DNA of 64,000 nucleotides from Yoonia sp. (GTDB taxonomy: Bacteria > Pseudomonadota > Alphaproteobacteria > Rhodobacterales > Rhodobacteraceae), in contig JBLHXF010000014.1 of assembly GCA_047629435.1 (NCBI GenBank), positions 801-64,800 on the forward strand, given 5' to 3'. This document shows, piece after piece, positions 39,239 to 48,952 of the stretch. Position 1 is the stretch's first letter. Every line of letters starts with the position of its first letter. Made by a program: the position numbers and the translations under genes. The notes under the pieces were generated by a model. The model searched no databases. It was not told the origin of the DNA and saw only the letters and a list, made by a program, of their open reading frames with translations.

Positions 39239-39880
39239 TTAGAACATCTCTAGATCCAAAAGAGATGACTTTGTTCTCAGGTGGTTTCGCAATGCTCTGT
39301 CAGGTCGTAGTTTCCCAGTACGGGCAGTTATGCACGAATCTAACAGAACAGATTTCTCGTGTTCATCTGCAGTATCAAATTGCTTGAGAGCCACATGCTT
39401 CAGAAATTTAAACCTTTCTTGCGATCTAGTTGCAGAAGTCAGCAGTGCAAATGAACTAGCGGCTCGAATGCACGAATCTCCCCAATCTTTATACCGCCAC
39501 TCCGATAGCACTGATTTAAGTTCTGCTTCAAATTCAGCGGCGGCATTCCAGTAATTGCACACTGCCGTTATAATCGCTGCGCGCCTGTCGTCTAAAACAG
39601 TTAAAGTGTCATGCTGCCTAAAAAGCCAAAATAGCTCACGGTACCTCTCGAGCGAACTCTCTTCCTTTGGGGAAATTAAGGCGAACGAAAGAAGCGCAAA
39701 GTACGTCTGATTGTCAATCGGCCCCAAAAGGCGTTTTCTAATTCTGTTCGCTTCTAACTCACTGACATTGGCACCGACTTTAAGCGCTTGGTAAATGTCT
39801 ACGGAAGTTCTTTCCATTACTCTCAATCCACCATTTTTTGAAGAAAACTGTCGCAACGTTACTATGTCAAATATTCGCAA
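39239..39880 (-). CDS. Low-GC orphan hypothetical protein (start uncertain, possibly 39817)
   Basis: 213-codon ORF alone in an AT-rich intergenic segment; no motif recognised. Confidence 0.6.
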   Translation of the reverse strand: MRIFDIVTLRQFSSKNGGLRVMERTSVDIYQALKVGANVSELEANRIRKRLLGPIDNQTYFALLSFALISPKEESSLERYRELFWLFRQHDTLTVLDDRRAAIITAVCNYWNAAAEFEAELKSVLSEWRYKDWGDSCIRAASSFALLTSATRSQERFKFLKHVALKQFDTADEHEKSVLLDSCITARTGKLRPDRALRNHLRTKSSLLDLEMF

Positions 39881-39980
39881 ATAAAATCCAATTTACCTTT
39901 CTTCACGGCGCCTGTCTCTCTTACCATTTCAATGCTTTACTCCACCATGGCTAAATCTGCTAACCGACTGCTCACCCACC

Positions 39981-40026
39981 TTCTTCTGGTCAAAAATCCC
40001 TCGGGGGTGCGGGGGCTGGTCCCCGC
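39981..40026. repeat. G-rich extragenic hairpin element (REP-like)
   Basis: TTCTTCTGGTCAAAAATCCCTCGGGGGTGCGGGGGCTGGTCCCCGC with a GCGGGG/CCCCGC stem. Single copy here; resembles Roseobacter intergenic repeats from recall. Confidence 0.4.
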
Positions 40027-40056
40027 CCTGTCGCGCAAGCTTGGGCTTGGGCGAAA

Positions 40057-40503
40057 CTAAATCCTCGGATCGCGCTCAGCTTGTGATCGCCTTGCTGCAT
40101 GTCGCGCAAACTTAATCAACATCTGTTTGCGGCGCGCGCCCGACAGCGTGGTTTGCGGCCCCATACGGATAACTTCGGCGTCATATTCGTCTGCGATGAT
40201 CAGGCCGGTGTCATCGGGCAGCAGCTCTGTCGGGAAATCCTGATCAACGGCCCAGAAAAACTGGTCCGCCCATTCCAGATAGCCCTGCCATTTATTGTCG
40301 GTCTGAAAATCCACCCGCGATGATTTACATTCAATGATCCAAATCTCGCCCTTGGGGCCAAGCGCCATGACATCCACGCGCAATCCGCGCACGGGAACCA
40401 GCTCTTCAACACTCGCAAAATCCAGCGTGTGCAAGTGTCGTGCGACGCCGCGCGCAAGCAATTGGCCGGGCATCAGTGTAGGCAGGTTCAGATCATCAGG
40501 CAT
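40057..40503 (-). CDS. mmcB: MmcB family DNA-repair endonuclease (PD-(D/E)xK)
   Basis: LARGVAR, RVDVMALGPKGEIWIIECKSS..DF..D.KWQGYLEW; LexA-like boxes upstream. Confidence 0.88.
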   Translation of the reverse strand: MPDDLNLPTLMPGQLLARGVARHLHTLDFASVEELVPVRGLRVDVMALGPKGEIWIIECKSSRVDFQTDNKWQGYLEWADQFFWAVDQDFPTELLPDDTGLIIADEYDAEVIRMGPQTTLSGARRKQMLIKFARHAARRSQAERDPRI

Positions 40504-40529
40504 GAATCAGGTATGAACAAACCATAAAC
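40504..40529. promoter_or_regulatory. Tandem alphaproteobacterial LexA (SOS) box-like sites at mmcB
   Basis: GAAT-N7-GAAC-N7-AAAC versus the GAAC-N7-GAAC consensus, abutting the mmcB ATG. Confidence 0.55.
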
Positions 40530-40544
40530 ATCGGTCAAGACCCC

Positions 40545-40573
40545 TTGCCCCAAGCCCCACACAAGCCTATCTA
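40545..40573 (+). promoter_or_regulatory. Putative 6S RNA promoter (TTGCCC-N17-TATCTA)
   Basis: 17-nt spacing; the predicted start matches the 5' closing stem at about 40579. Confidence 0.45.
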
Positions 40574-40578
40574 GTGTG

Positions 40579-40747
40579 GTGGCGGGCTTCTGCTCTTCTC
40601 GATCACTATAGGGGTTACATTCCAGTGGCCTTAAGCAAATCCCAGGGAGCTGGCTCTGTTTGGACCTTGGTTCATTTACCTGGCGCCCACCTGTACATAC
40701 AGGTCCTCGGGAATAAATCCCTGAACGGATGCTGCGGTTCCCGCCAC
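40579..40747 (+). ncRNA. ssrS: 6S RNA
   Basis: Intergenic 169-nt element closed by GTGGCGGG/CCCGCCAC; internal GGGAGCTGGC and GGCGCCCACCTGT-loop-ACAGGT resemble alphaproteobacterial 6S. Ends approximate. Confidence 0.75.
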
Positions 40748-40761
40748 TTTCACCCCAGCAA

Positions 40762-41307
40762 TTAGGCCGCGCGCGACAACGCCACAAACGCAATGCCGGA
40801 CGTCAAAAAGTTCAATCCTAAGAACAAACCGACAGCCCACAACGCGGTACCCGGCAGTCCAGCAACCAGCAAAATGCCCAGTACCAGCGTTACGGCACCG
40901 TTAAACGCCAACCAGCCCCACCCCTTTTGCGGGCGGTGTTGTGCGGCCATCACCGCCTCAAACCCACCTTGGATCAAAAATACGACACCCATCAAAAGCG
41001 TCAGCCCGACCAATCCGGTCAGTGCAAAGAAGCTCAAATAAACGCCAAGTGCGATATGCATCACCGCGATTAGCGCCGACCAAATGCCCGACTTCCACCC
41101 CTTGGCCTGAAATGCGTGGTAAAGCAGGGCAGCGCCCGTCAACAAAAACACCCACCCAAGAAGGGCTTTTGCCGCGATTGAAAACACCAGTGGGAACAAA
41201 ATCGCCAAAACGCCAAGCGCAATCAGGACGTAACCTGAATTACGGAACTTGCCGCGAAATTCGCGCACCGCGTTCATAATATCGGTATTTGGTGTGGGGT
41301 TTGACAT
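40762..41307 (-). CDS. HdeD/DUF308 family membrane protein
   Basis: Six TM helices; GVLAILFP, GWGW..FNG, GLFLGLNFLTSG. Confidence 0.85.
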   Translation of the reverse strand: MSNPTPNTDIMNAVREFRGKFRNSGYVLIALGVLAILFPLVFSIAAKALLGWVFLLTGAALLYHAFQAKGWKSGIWSALIAVMHIALGVYLSFFALTGLVGLTLLMGVVFLIQGGFEAVMAAQHRPQKGWGWLAFNGAVTLVLGILLVAGLPGTALWAVGLFLGLNFLTSGIAFVALSRAA

Positions 41308-41361
41308 CGGATGGTCCTTTTGCGGTAAGTTCACCCTACTTTAGCAAAGAACTGACCAAGA

Positions 41362-41829
41362 TCAAAATTCTTCTGGTCGCGCCTCGCGCGCCATATGGTC
41401 CAGCACAGCGTTCACAAACTTTGGCTCTTTGCCGTCGTGCGAAAACGCGTCGGATACTTGAACAAACTCGGAAATGACAACCTTAGGCGGGGTGTCTTTT
41501 TCCAACAATTCGGCGCCAGCAGCACGGAATAGCGCACGCCATGTTGGGTCAATCCGGCCGATCGGCCATTTCGCAACCAGCGCACGGTCGGTCATTTGGT
41601 CAATCGTGGCTTGATTATCCACAGCCTTTTCCATCAACGAGCGGAACGTATCAACGTCACCTTCTTGCATTTCCATTTCGTCAAAGGCTTCACCAAACCG
41701 GTGGTCTTCAAATTCGCGCACGATCTGATCAACCATCTGGCCGGATGCTTCCATCTGGAACAGCGCCTGCACCGCATAAAGGCGGGAGGCTGATTTCATT
41801 TTGCGCAATTGGTTGTTCGAAATGGTCAT
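41362..41829 (-). CDS. nusB: Transcription antitermination factor NusB
   Basis: SASRLYAVQALFQ, WPIGRID, VISEFV, FVNAVLD. Confidence 0.95.
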   Translation of the reverse strand: MTISNNQLRKMKSASRLYAVQALFQMEASGQMVDQIVREFEDHRFGEAFDEMEMQEGDVDTFRSLMEKAVDNQATIDQMTDRALVAKWPIGRIDPTWRALFRAAGAELLEKDTPPKVVISEFVQVSDAFSHDGKEPKFVNAVLDHMAREARPEEF

Positions 41830-42359
41830 GCTGTGGACGTGCCGCCTTGCGCCAATAGAATTTCTGATGTGAACCCGACACCGTTATCAGGACGGCCCCA
41901 CTTACGGCTGGTTGCAATCAGGTGCAAGGCCGCAGCGGCCGCTCCCGCACCTTTATTCATCTGCGCCGGATCAGCGCGTTCAACTGCTTGATCATGGTTT
42001 TCAACCGTTAGGATACCGTTACCGATGCAAATACCCTGCAAGCCCATCATTTGAAGCGCACGGCTACTGTCATTGCACACCGTATCATAATGTGTCGTGG
42101 CCCCACGAATTACGCAGCCAAGGGCGACGTAACCATCAAAATTGGACATGCGTTCAGCAATGGCAATGGATGTCGGAATCTCCAGTGCACCCGTCACATC
42201 AATTAAATCATGCGTCGCACCTACGGCTTCGATCTCGGCCAAAGCCCCAGAAACCTGCATATCATAGATGTCTTTGTAATATGGAGACGCGACAATCAAC
42301 AGCTTGACCGGTTTGTCAAAGCTGGGGCGCGGCATGATGTAATGCGAAGGTCCGGCCAT
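41826..42359 (-). CDS. ribH: 6,7-dimethyl-8-ribityllumazine synthase
   Basis: GALEIP, VALGCVIRGATTHYD, GNGILT, NKG. Confidence 0.95.
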   Translation of the reverse strand: MAGPSHYIMPRPSFDKPVKLLIVASPYYKDIYDMQVSGALAEIEAVGATHDLIDVTGALEIPTSIAIAERMSNFDGYVALGCVIRGATTHYDTVCNDSSRALQMMGLQGICIGNGILTVENHDQAVERADPAQMNKGAGAAAAALHLIATSRKWGRPDNGVGFTSEILLAQGGTSTA

Positions 42360-43489
42360 TATGCGACCTCTGAAATATTTTGCGTGCCAACGATCTCAAG
42401 CCCGTAGGCATCAAGGCCAACAACCTTTGGCTGCGGTGAATTGGTCAGTAACGTGATCTTGTTCAAGCCCAAGCTCGACAAAATCTGCGCACCTACACCG
42501 TACTGGCGCAACGTCTTAGGTGCGGCTTCGCCCTCTGGATCAAGCTCCATGTGCACATCGCGCAGCAGAACCAAAACACCACGTCCCGCGTCACCAATCA
42601 GTTTCATCGCATCACCAAATTCATCGCGGCGGCCATTTTCACCCGTTCCAATGATATCCAACATCGGGTCCATGCCATGCATGCGGGTCAGCACAGGGGC
42701 GTCGGTGGTGATATCACCCTTAATCAGCGCGATATGTTCGGCACCTTGGGTTTCATCTGCATAGATACGCATTTCCCATTCGCCACCAAATTCAGATGTA
42801 ATCTGCTCGGATTTGCGCATTTTGATCAGGTTATCATGGCGGCGGCGATAGGCGATCAAATCGCTGATCGTGCCAATTTTCAAGGCATGAAGCTGCGCAA
42901 AGGCAACCAGGTCAGGCAAACGGGCCATTTCGCCGTCTTCGCGCATGATTTCGCAGATCACGCCAGACGGGTTTAAGCCAGCAAGGCGAGAAATATCAAC
43001 AGCGGCCTCGGTATGACCGGCACGCACAAGCACGCCACCATCGCGGGCGCGCAGCGGGAAAACGTGGCCAGGTGTGGCAATATCAGCAGCGCCATTGGAC
43101 GCATCAATCGCAACTGACACCGTGCGCGCGCGATCAGCAGCCGAGATACCAGTTGTGACACCGTCGCGGGCTTCAATGGAAATGGTGAACGCAGTTTCAT
43201 GGCGCGACGAGTTATGCGTCGCCATAAGCGGAAGGCCCAATGCATCGATCCGGTCCGACGTCAACGTCAGGCAAATCAGGCCACGGCCATGCTTGGCCAT
43301 AAAGTTGATCGCATCAGGCGTAGCCATTTGGGCCGGAATAACAAGATCGCCCTCATTTTCACGGTCTTCGTGGTCCACCAAAACAAACATCCGACCATTA
43401 CGGGCATCGTCAATGATATCTTCAATCGGGCTGATGGCGTCGGCCCAGTCTTGTTCTACTTGGCCGGGTTTCTCAAAAGTCTGTGTCAT
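42359..43489 (-). CDS. ribB: 3,4-dihydroxy-2-butanone-4-phosphate synthase with RibA-like C-terminal domain (RibBX type)
   Basis: DHEDRENEGD, TAFTISI, PGHVFPL, RAGHTEA, ICEIM; C-terminal domain ends RQYGVGAQIL and lacks the Zn-binding Cys of GTP cyclohydrolase II. Confidence 0.93.
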   Translation of the reverse strand: MTQTFEKPGQVEQDWADAISPIEDIIDDARNGRMFVLVDHEDRENEGDLVIPAQMATPDAINFMAKHGRGLICLTLTSDRIDALGLPLMATHNSSRHETAFTISIEARDGVTTGISAADRARTVSVAIDASNGAADIATPGHVFPLRARDGGVLVRAGHTEAAVDISRLAGLNPSGVICEIMREDGEMARLPDLVAFAQLHALKIGTISDLIAYRRRHDNLIKMRKSEQITSEFGGEWEMRIYADETQGAEHIALIKGDITTDAPVLTRMHGMDPMLDIIGTGENGRRDEFGDAMKLIGDAGRGVLVLLRDVHMELDPEGEAAPKTLRQYGVGAQILSSLGLNKITLLTNSPQPKVVGLDAYGLEIVGTQNISEVA

Positions 43490-43550
43490 GGGCGCCTCTG
43501 ATGCATGCTGCCTCTGCAGTATCGGTTTGGGCCTGCGTTGAAAAGGGGGC

Positions 43551-43610
43551 GGTAGGTCAAGACCCACCCGACATCGCGTCGCAGTGCTGTCGGATGGGTT
43601 TTAACCCATC
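43551..43610. repeat. Head-to-head doublet of GTAG-type (GTCG variant) REP-like palindromes
   Basis: 43551-43572 (minus: GTCGGGTGGGTCTTGACCTACC), 16-nt spacer, 43589-43610 (plus: GTCGGATGGGTTTTAACCCATC). Confidence 0.75.
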
Positions 43611-43616
43611 AGTCCT

Positions 43617-44213
43617 TTAGTCAAACTCACGCAAACGGGCGACATAACGGGCCATGGTATCAATCTCAAGGTTCACAAAATCGCCAACAACATTGTCTGC
43701 CCATGTGGTCACGTCTTTGGTATGCGGGATAATATTCACGCCAAAGTCACAACCATCCACCTTATTCACAGTCAATGAAGTGCCATTCAGTGCAACCGAT
43801 CCTTTGGGCGCAATAAATTTGGCCAAAGCTTCTGGTGCGCGAAACGTAAACCGCGTGCTGTCACCCTCGTCTTCCATCGCAACAATCTCGGCAGTGCCGT
43901 CAACATGGCCAGACACGATATGCCCACCCAGTTCGTCACCAATCTTCAGCGCGCGCTCAAGGTTAATATGGCGACCTTCCGACCACGTCTTAATATTAGT
44001 CGCCTCAACACTTTCCGCAGAGATATCAACGTCAAACCAGTTACCGCCATCGGCGCCTAAGGCAACAACGGTTAGGCAAACACCGTCACACGCAATGGAC
44101 GCACCCAGATCAATACCTGCGATGTCATAGCCAGTCCCGATACGCGCGCGCAGATCGCCGCGCTTATCCAATGCACGCAAAACACCCAAATCTGTGACAA
44201 TACCTGTAAACAT
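43617..44213 (-). CDS. ribC: Riboflavin synthase (alpha chain)
   Basis: MFTGI, ASIACDGVCLTV, NLERAL, GGHIVSGHVD, SVALNGTSLTV, NLEID. Confidence 0.97.
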   Translation of the reverse strand: MFTGIVTDLGVLRALDKRGDLRARIGTGYDIAGIDLGASIACDGVCLTVVALGADGGNWFDVDISAESVEATNIKTWSEGRHINLERALKIGDELGGHIVSGHVDGTAEIVAMEDEGDSTRFTFRAPEALAKFIAPKGSVALNGTSLTVNKVDGCDFGVNIIPHTKDVTTWADNVVGDFVNLEIDTMARYVARLREFD

Positions 44214-44350
44214 GGCGCGACCTTTCTGTCTTTCCCCTGACGTAGCGCGTTGGATTGCGGCAATCAAGCCACAGGACCAACTGCGCCATATTACTGCCCC
44301 GAAGGTATGTGATAGGACTTTGTTAGTCATCAATAGGAAACGACCGCCCC

Positions 44351-45637
44351 GTGAACGACCCAATCAGCCGCAACTTTTTGTTCCTACAGGGACCGCACGG
44401 GCCGTATTTTCACAGGCTCGCCAAAATGCTGCGTGCGGCTGGTGGTGAAGTTTGGCGCGTTGGTTTCAACGCGGGCGACCGCGCATTCTGGTTTGGTGGC
44501 GCCGGCTACATCCCCTATCGCGGCACGATCGAAGACTGGCCTGGCACATTTACATCGCTTGTGGCCGAACACAGCATCACTGACATCGTGCTTTATGGCG
44601 ACACGCGGCCCATTCACGCCGATGCAATTGCGGTGGCCACAGCGGCAGGTCTGAAAATCCATGTCTTTGAAGAAGGGTATATGCGCCCCTACTGGGTGAC
44701 CTACGAGCGTGGCGGCACAAACGGCAATTCCAAACTAATGGACCTGACCGTGGCGCAAATGCAAACCGCATTGGCGTTGTCAGACCTCGAAGTCCCGACG
44801 CCTCCTGCCCATTGGGGCGACATGCGGCACCACGTCTTCTACGGGGCACTCTACCACTGGTTTGTGCTGTTTCGTAACGGGCATTACCGCAAAATGGTGC
44901 GGCACCGCGAGCTGCCTGTCTTCACCGAAACCATGCTTTACACCAAGCGACTTCTGCTCATGCCATTCACGGCACTTGACCGAATGGTCGCGACAGCGCG
45001 TATTCGGTACGGAGGTTTTCCGTACCACCTTGTGCTGATGCAGCTTGAACATGACGCCAGTTTTCAGACCCATTCACCGTTTACGCGTATGGCAGAGTTC
45101 ATCGAGGTCGTGATGGAAGGGTTTGCCAAAGGCACGCCGCGCCACCACCATCTTGTATTCAAAGCGCACCCTTTGGAAAATGGACGGTCCCCTTTAAAAA
45201 GGATCATCCGTGAACAGGCGCGTAAACATGATGTCGAGGCACGCGTGCACTATGTGCGTGGCGGCAAACTCGCGCGGCTGTTGGATCATGCGCGCACCGC
45301 AGTGACAGTCAATTCTACCGCCGGACAACAAGTCCTGTGGCGCGGTATCCCGCTCAAGGTGTTTGGTGCGGCCGTCTATGCCAAACCAGAATTCGTATCT
45401 GAGCAAACTATCGCAGACTTCTTTACAAGCCCCACACGGCCTGACAGCAAAGCCTACAAAGATTACCGGCGGTTTCTTTTGGAAACAAGCCAAGTACCGG
45501 GCGGGTTTTACGCAGCGCATGGGCGCAGACAGCTGATGCGGCAGGTTGTGGATATGATGCTGGCGGACGAAGATCCGTACGATGCGCTCAAATCTGGTAA
45601 AATCCCACCACGCCAGCCCTTGCGGGTCGTGAACTAA
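44351..45637 (+). CDS. kpsS: Capsule polysaccharide modification protein, KpsS-like
   Basis: FLFLQGPHGPYF, FEEGYMRP, QLEHD, KAHP, VNSTAG. Confidence 0.85.
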   Translation: MNDPISRNFLFLQGPHGPYFHRLAKMLRAAGGEVWRVGFNAGDRAFWFGGAGYIPYRGTIEDWPGTFTSLVAEHSITDIVLYGDTRPIHADAIAVATAAGLKIHVFEEGYMRPYWVTYERGGTNGNSKLMDLTVAQMQTALALSDLEVPTPPAHWGDMRHHVFYGALYHWFVLFRNGHYRKMVRHRELPVFTETMLYTKRLLLMPFTALDRMVATARIRYGGFPYHLVLMQLEHDASFQTHSPFTRMAEFIEVVMEGFAKGTPRHHHLVFKAHPLENGRSPLKRIIREQARKHDVEARVHYVRGGKLARLLDHARTAVTVNSTAGQQVLWRGIPLKVFGAAVYAKPEFVSEQTIADFFTSPTRPDSKAYKDYRRFLLETSQVPGGFYAAHGRRQLMRQVVDMMLADEDPYDALKSGKIPPRQPLRVVN

Positions 45638-45803
45638 ATACACACAACACCTAGCGTCGCTCGGAAAAGGCGCGGCATCCACGCAACACATATTGTGGCG
45701 GATCAGGAAACATCGACAGGGCAATCTAGCTTTTGTCAGGGGATTCCCGTACTTTAAAAAGAAAACTTGAGGCACAACAACAATAGGTCGAGGAGACCGA
45801 GCA

Positions 45804-46937
45804 GTGATTTCTCTGACATTGCGCTTTGCAAAAGGCGCGGCCCTAGTGGTGACCCTTGGCCTCGTGGCCTCGTGTGGTTTGCCACGTTCAGGACCGAACA
45901 AGGCTGAAATTTTCTCTGGCTCCGTGCTGGAAGATGGCGATGCATTCGTGTTGACGGTCGATGACCGGATCAACCGGATTGCGGCTGTGACACCCGCACT
46001 TGGGTTCTCATCTGGTTTCAAAAACGCCAGCGTCGTGGGGTCTGATACGATCCGCGCAGGTGACGTACTTGGGCTTACAATTTGGGAAAACGTCGATGAC
46101 GGCTTGCTTGTCCCGCAAGGACAGAACGCCACTGTGCTCGAAGAAGTCCAAGTTGACGGATCAGGCTTTATCTTTGTGCCATATGCAGGCCGGATCAAAG
46201 CAGCTGGCAACACACCAGAAGGCATCCGCCGGACGATATCTGCAAAACTCGAGGACCAGACCCCTGATCCACAGGTCCAAGTCCGCCGTTTGGCCGGTGA
46301 TGGTTCAACCGTTTCCATCGTTGGTGCTGTTGGCGCACAGGGTGTCTATCCGATTGAACGCCCGACACGGACATTGGCCGCCATGCTGGCCGCTGCAGGC
46401 GGCGTTGCTATTCAACCAGAGATCGCCCAAGTGACCGTCGTACGCGGTGACCATTCCGGATCCATTTGGTTTGAGGACCTTTATGATCACCCCGGCCACG
46501 ACATCGCGTTGCGCGCCGGCGATCGGATCATCGTGGAACAAGACACACGTACATTCACCGCACTTGGTGCAACTGGCACGCAAAACCGTGTCACATTCGA
46601 GAGCCAAACAATCTCGGCGATAGAAGCCATCGCCCAAGTTGGCGGCTTGGCATCAAATGTGGCGGACCCGACTGGCGTCTTTGTATTCCGCAATGAACCA
46701 GAAGCGATTGCGCAGCAATTGCTGGGCCGTACGGATATCACGGGCACGCAGCGCATGATCTATGTGCTCGACTTGACACGGCCCAACGGCATGTTCATGG
46801 CACGCGACTTTGCGATCCGTGATGAAGATACCGTTTACGTGACAGAAGCCCCATTCACGCAGTTCAACAAAGCAATTGCAGCGGCAACAGGTACATTGTC
46901 AGCGGCGTCTGCCGTCGGCACAGCTTCCGGCATTTAA
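45804..46937 (+). CDS. Outer-membrane polysaccharide export lipoprotein (Wza/KpsD/CtrA family)
   Basis: Lipobox VASC-GLPRSGP; Poly_export GDVLGLTIWE, VDGSGFIFVPYAG; SLBB repeats. Confidence 0.9.
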   Translation: MISLTLRFAKGAALVVTLGLVASCGLPRSGPNKAEIFSGSVLEDGDAFVLTVDDRINRIAAVTPALGFSSGFKNASVVGSDTIRAGDVLGLTIWENVDDGLLVPQGQNATVLEEVQVDGSGFIFVPYAGRIKAAGNTPEGIRRTISAKLEDQTPDPQVQVRRLAGDGSTVSIVGAVGAQGVYPIERPTRTLAAMLAAAGGVAIQPEIAQVTVVRGDHSGSIWFEDLYDHPGHDIALRAGDRIIVEQDTRTFTALGATGTQNRVTFESQTISAIEAIAQVGGLASNVADPTGVFVFRNEPEAIAQQLLGRTDITGTQRMIYVLDLTRPNGMFMARDFAIRDEDTVYVTEAPFTQFNKAIAAATGTLSAASAVGTASGI

Positions 46938-46957
46938 TCTTGGCCACACATGACAAC

Positions 46958-48952
46958 ATGGATGCCGCGGGTGAAAGCTCGCGGCATCTTTACGTTTATA
47001 ACGGTGGTTTTCTGACAAACGGACGTGTGCGGCGCATCTTGTCGCTGTCTGGTTATGACATCAAACTGGGCAAACCCAGCGACGGTGATTTGGTAGGTGT
47101 TTGGGGACATTCACCCACATCGCCACGCGGCGAGGCAGTCGCCGCCAAAACCGATACCCCCATTCTACGAGTTGAAGATGCATTCCTGCGGTCTGTCTTG
47201 ACAGGACGCGATGGAGACGAGCCAATCGGGCTCCATCTGGACACACGCGGCGTCCATTTCGACCCAACACAGCCATCCGACCTAGAAATGATCTTGCGCG
47301 AAGACCCGCTTGACGATGCAGTCCTCTTGGGGCGCGCACGCGACGGGATTGAAACGCTCAAGCGAAACCACCTATCCAAATACAACGCTTACCTTCCAAC
47401 CACCCCTGCTCCGAACGCAGGTTACGTGGTTGTCATCGATCAAACCCGTGGCGATGCATCTATTAAGGCTAGCGGCGCAGACAGCAACACCTTCAAAGAA
47501 ATGCTATTCTACGCCCAAACCGAACATCCCATGTCGCGGATCGTGATCAAAACACACCCCGAAACCCAAGCCGGACACCGGACGGGGTATTACACCGACG
47601 CCGACACGTCCGACCAGATCAGCCTGCTGGATACGCCAATATCGCCCTACACGCTGTTTGACGGGGCTATCGCAGTTTATACGGTCAGCAGCCAAATGGG
47701 ATTTGAGGCGATCCTGACAGGGCATAAACCCGTCATTTTTGGACAACCTTTCTACATAGGTTGGGGGCTGACAGACGACCGCAAGCCACTTGACCGCAGG
47801 CAACGCAAATTAACGCGGAACCAACTGTTTGCGGGCGCGATGCTGCTCTATCCGAAATGGTACGACCCGTTCACCGACAAACTGTGCAGTTTTGAGGCCG
47901 CAACAGCGACTCTGACCGCAAGTGCACGTGCTTGGCGCGACGACCACGCAGGTTGGGATGCACACGGTATGCGCATGTGGAAGCGCAAGCCACTGCAGAA
48001 GTTTTTTGGGCATTATGCCCCTGTGACTTTCACCGATACCCTCGGAACGCGGCCACAAATGGTCTGGGCGGGCACAATAACTGACGTGCAGCGAGATCAC
48101 GGCGTGACACAGGTCGAAGACGGTTTTTTGCGGTCGCGCGGACTGGGCGCCGATTTGATCCCGCCATTATCGCTCGTTTTGGATGATATTGGCATTTATT
48201 ACGACCCAACACGGCCAAGCCGGTTGGAAACGTTGATCGAGGCCTCAGTCCACTTGCCTGACGGAGCTCAGCGACGGGCTGAGCGGCTCATCAAGGCGCT
48301 GCTCGACAACCGCTTATCCAAATACAATCTTACCGCCAAAACACCTGACAAAATCCCACAAGGACGCCGTATTCTGGTCCCTGGTCAAGTCGAAGACGAC
48401 GCATCCATCCGGTTGGGTGCGGGCGATGTGAACACAAATCAAGCATTGCTAGAAGCCGCCCGTGCGGCAAACCCTGCCGCCATCCTGATCTACAAACCGC
48501 ACCCCGATGTTGAGGCTGGCCTCCGGCCAGGCGGCGTTACAAACGTCGGCACATTGGCCGATGTGGTAGCAACAAAAACTGACCCAATCGCAATGTTAGA
48601 TACAGTTGATGAAGTCTGGACAATGACTTCCTTGCTGGGGTTCGAAGCATTATTGCGCGGCAAGAAAGTCACCTGCCTTGGTGCGCCATTTTATGCGGGA
48701 TGGGGCCTAACTGATGATCGGGCAATGCCCGTGACACGGCGCGTCGCGACACCATCTTTGGCACAATTGGCCCACGCAGTTCTGATCGGCTATCCGCGCT
48801 ATTTCGATCCGAAAACAGGCTTACCCTGCCCCGTCGAAGCCATCGTGAACAGGTTAGCAACAGGCGACATCCCCAAACTAGGTCCGTTCAACCGGACGAC
48901 AGCAAAACTGCAAGGATTATTCGCCAGCTACGCCCATCTTTGGCGCCGCTAA
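46958..48952 (+). CDS. kpsC: Capsule polysaccharide biosynthesis protein KpsC
   Basis: Two repeats: RVEDAFLRS / QVEDGFLRS, KTHP / KPHP, SSQMGFEA / TSLLGFEA, FYIGWGLT / FYAGWGLT. Confidence 0.9.
   Translation: MDAAGESSRHLYVYNGGFLTNGRVRRILSLSGYDIKLGKPSDGDLVGVWGHSPTSPRGEAVAAKTDTPILRVEDAFLRSVLTGRDGDEPIGLHLDTRGVHFDPTQPSDLEMILREDPLDDAVLLGRARDGIETLKRNHLSKYNAYLPTTPAPNAGYVVVIDQTRGDASIKASGADSNTFKEMLFYAQTEHPMSRIVIKTHPETQAGHRTGYYTDADTSDQISLLDTPISPYTLFDGAIAVYTVSSQMGFEAILTGHKPVIFGQPFYIGWGLTDDRKPLDRRQRKLTRNQLFAGAMLLYPKWYDPFTDKLCSFEAATATLTASARAWRDDHAGWDAHGMRMWKRKPLQKFFGHYAPVTFTDTLGTRPQMVWAGTITDVQRDHGVTQVEDGFLRSRGLGADLIPPLSLVLDDIGIYYDPTRPSRLETLIEASVHLPDGAQRRAERLIKALLDNRLSKYNLTAKTPDKIPQGRRILVPGQVEDDASIRLGAGDVNTNQALLEAARAANPAAILIYKPHPDVEAGLRPGGVTNVGTLADVVATKTDPIAMLDTVDEVWTMTSLLGFEALLRGKKVTCLGAPFYAGWGLTDDRAMPVTRRVATPSLAQLAHAVLIGYPRYFDPKTGLPCPVEAIVNRLATGDIPKLGPFNRTTAKLQGLFASYAHLWRR

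Noticed and set aside
38657-40056. tRNA-His-anchored genomic island
   Set aside because: No duplicated tRNA 3' end or integrase; rluD follows the 3' end directly, and the orphan gene lies on the 5' side.
44214-44363. FMN riboswitch or extended ribC N-terminus
   Set aside because: No RFN consensus visible; riboflavin synthase must start at MFTGI (44213).
45194-46318. 374-aa minus-strand ORF
   Set aside because: Antisense shadow spanning kpsS and the export gene; no motifs.
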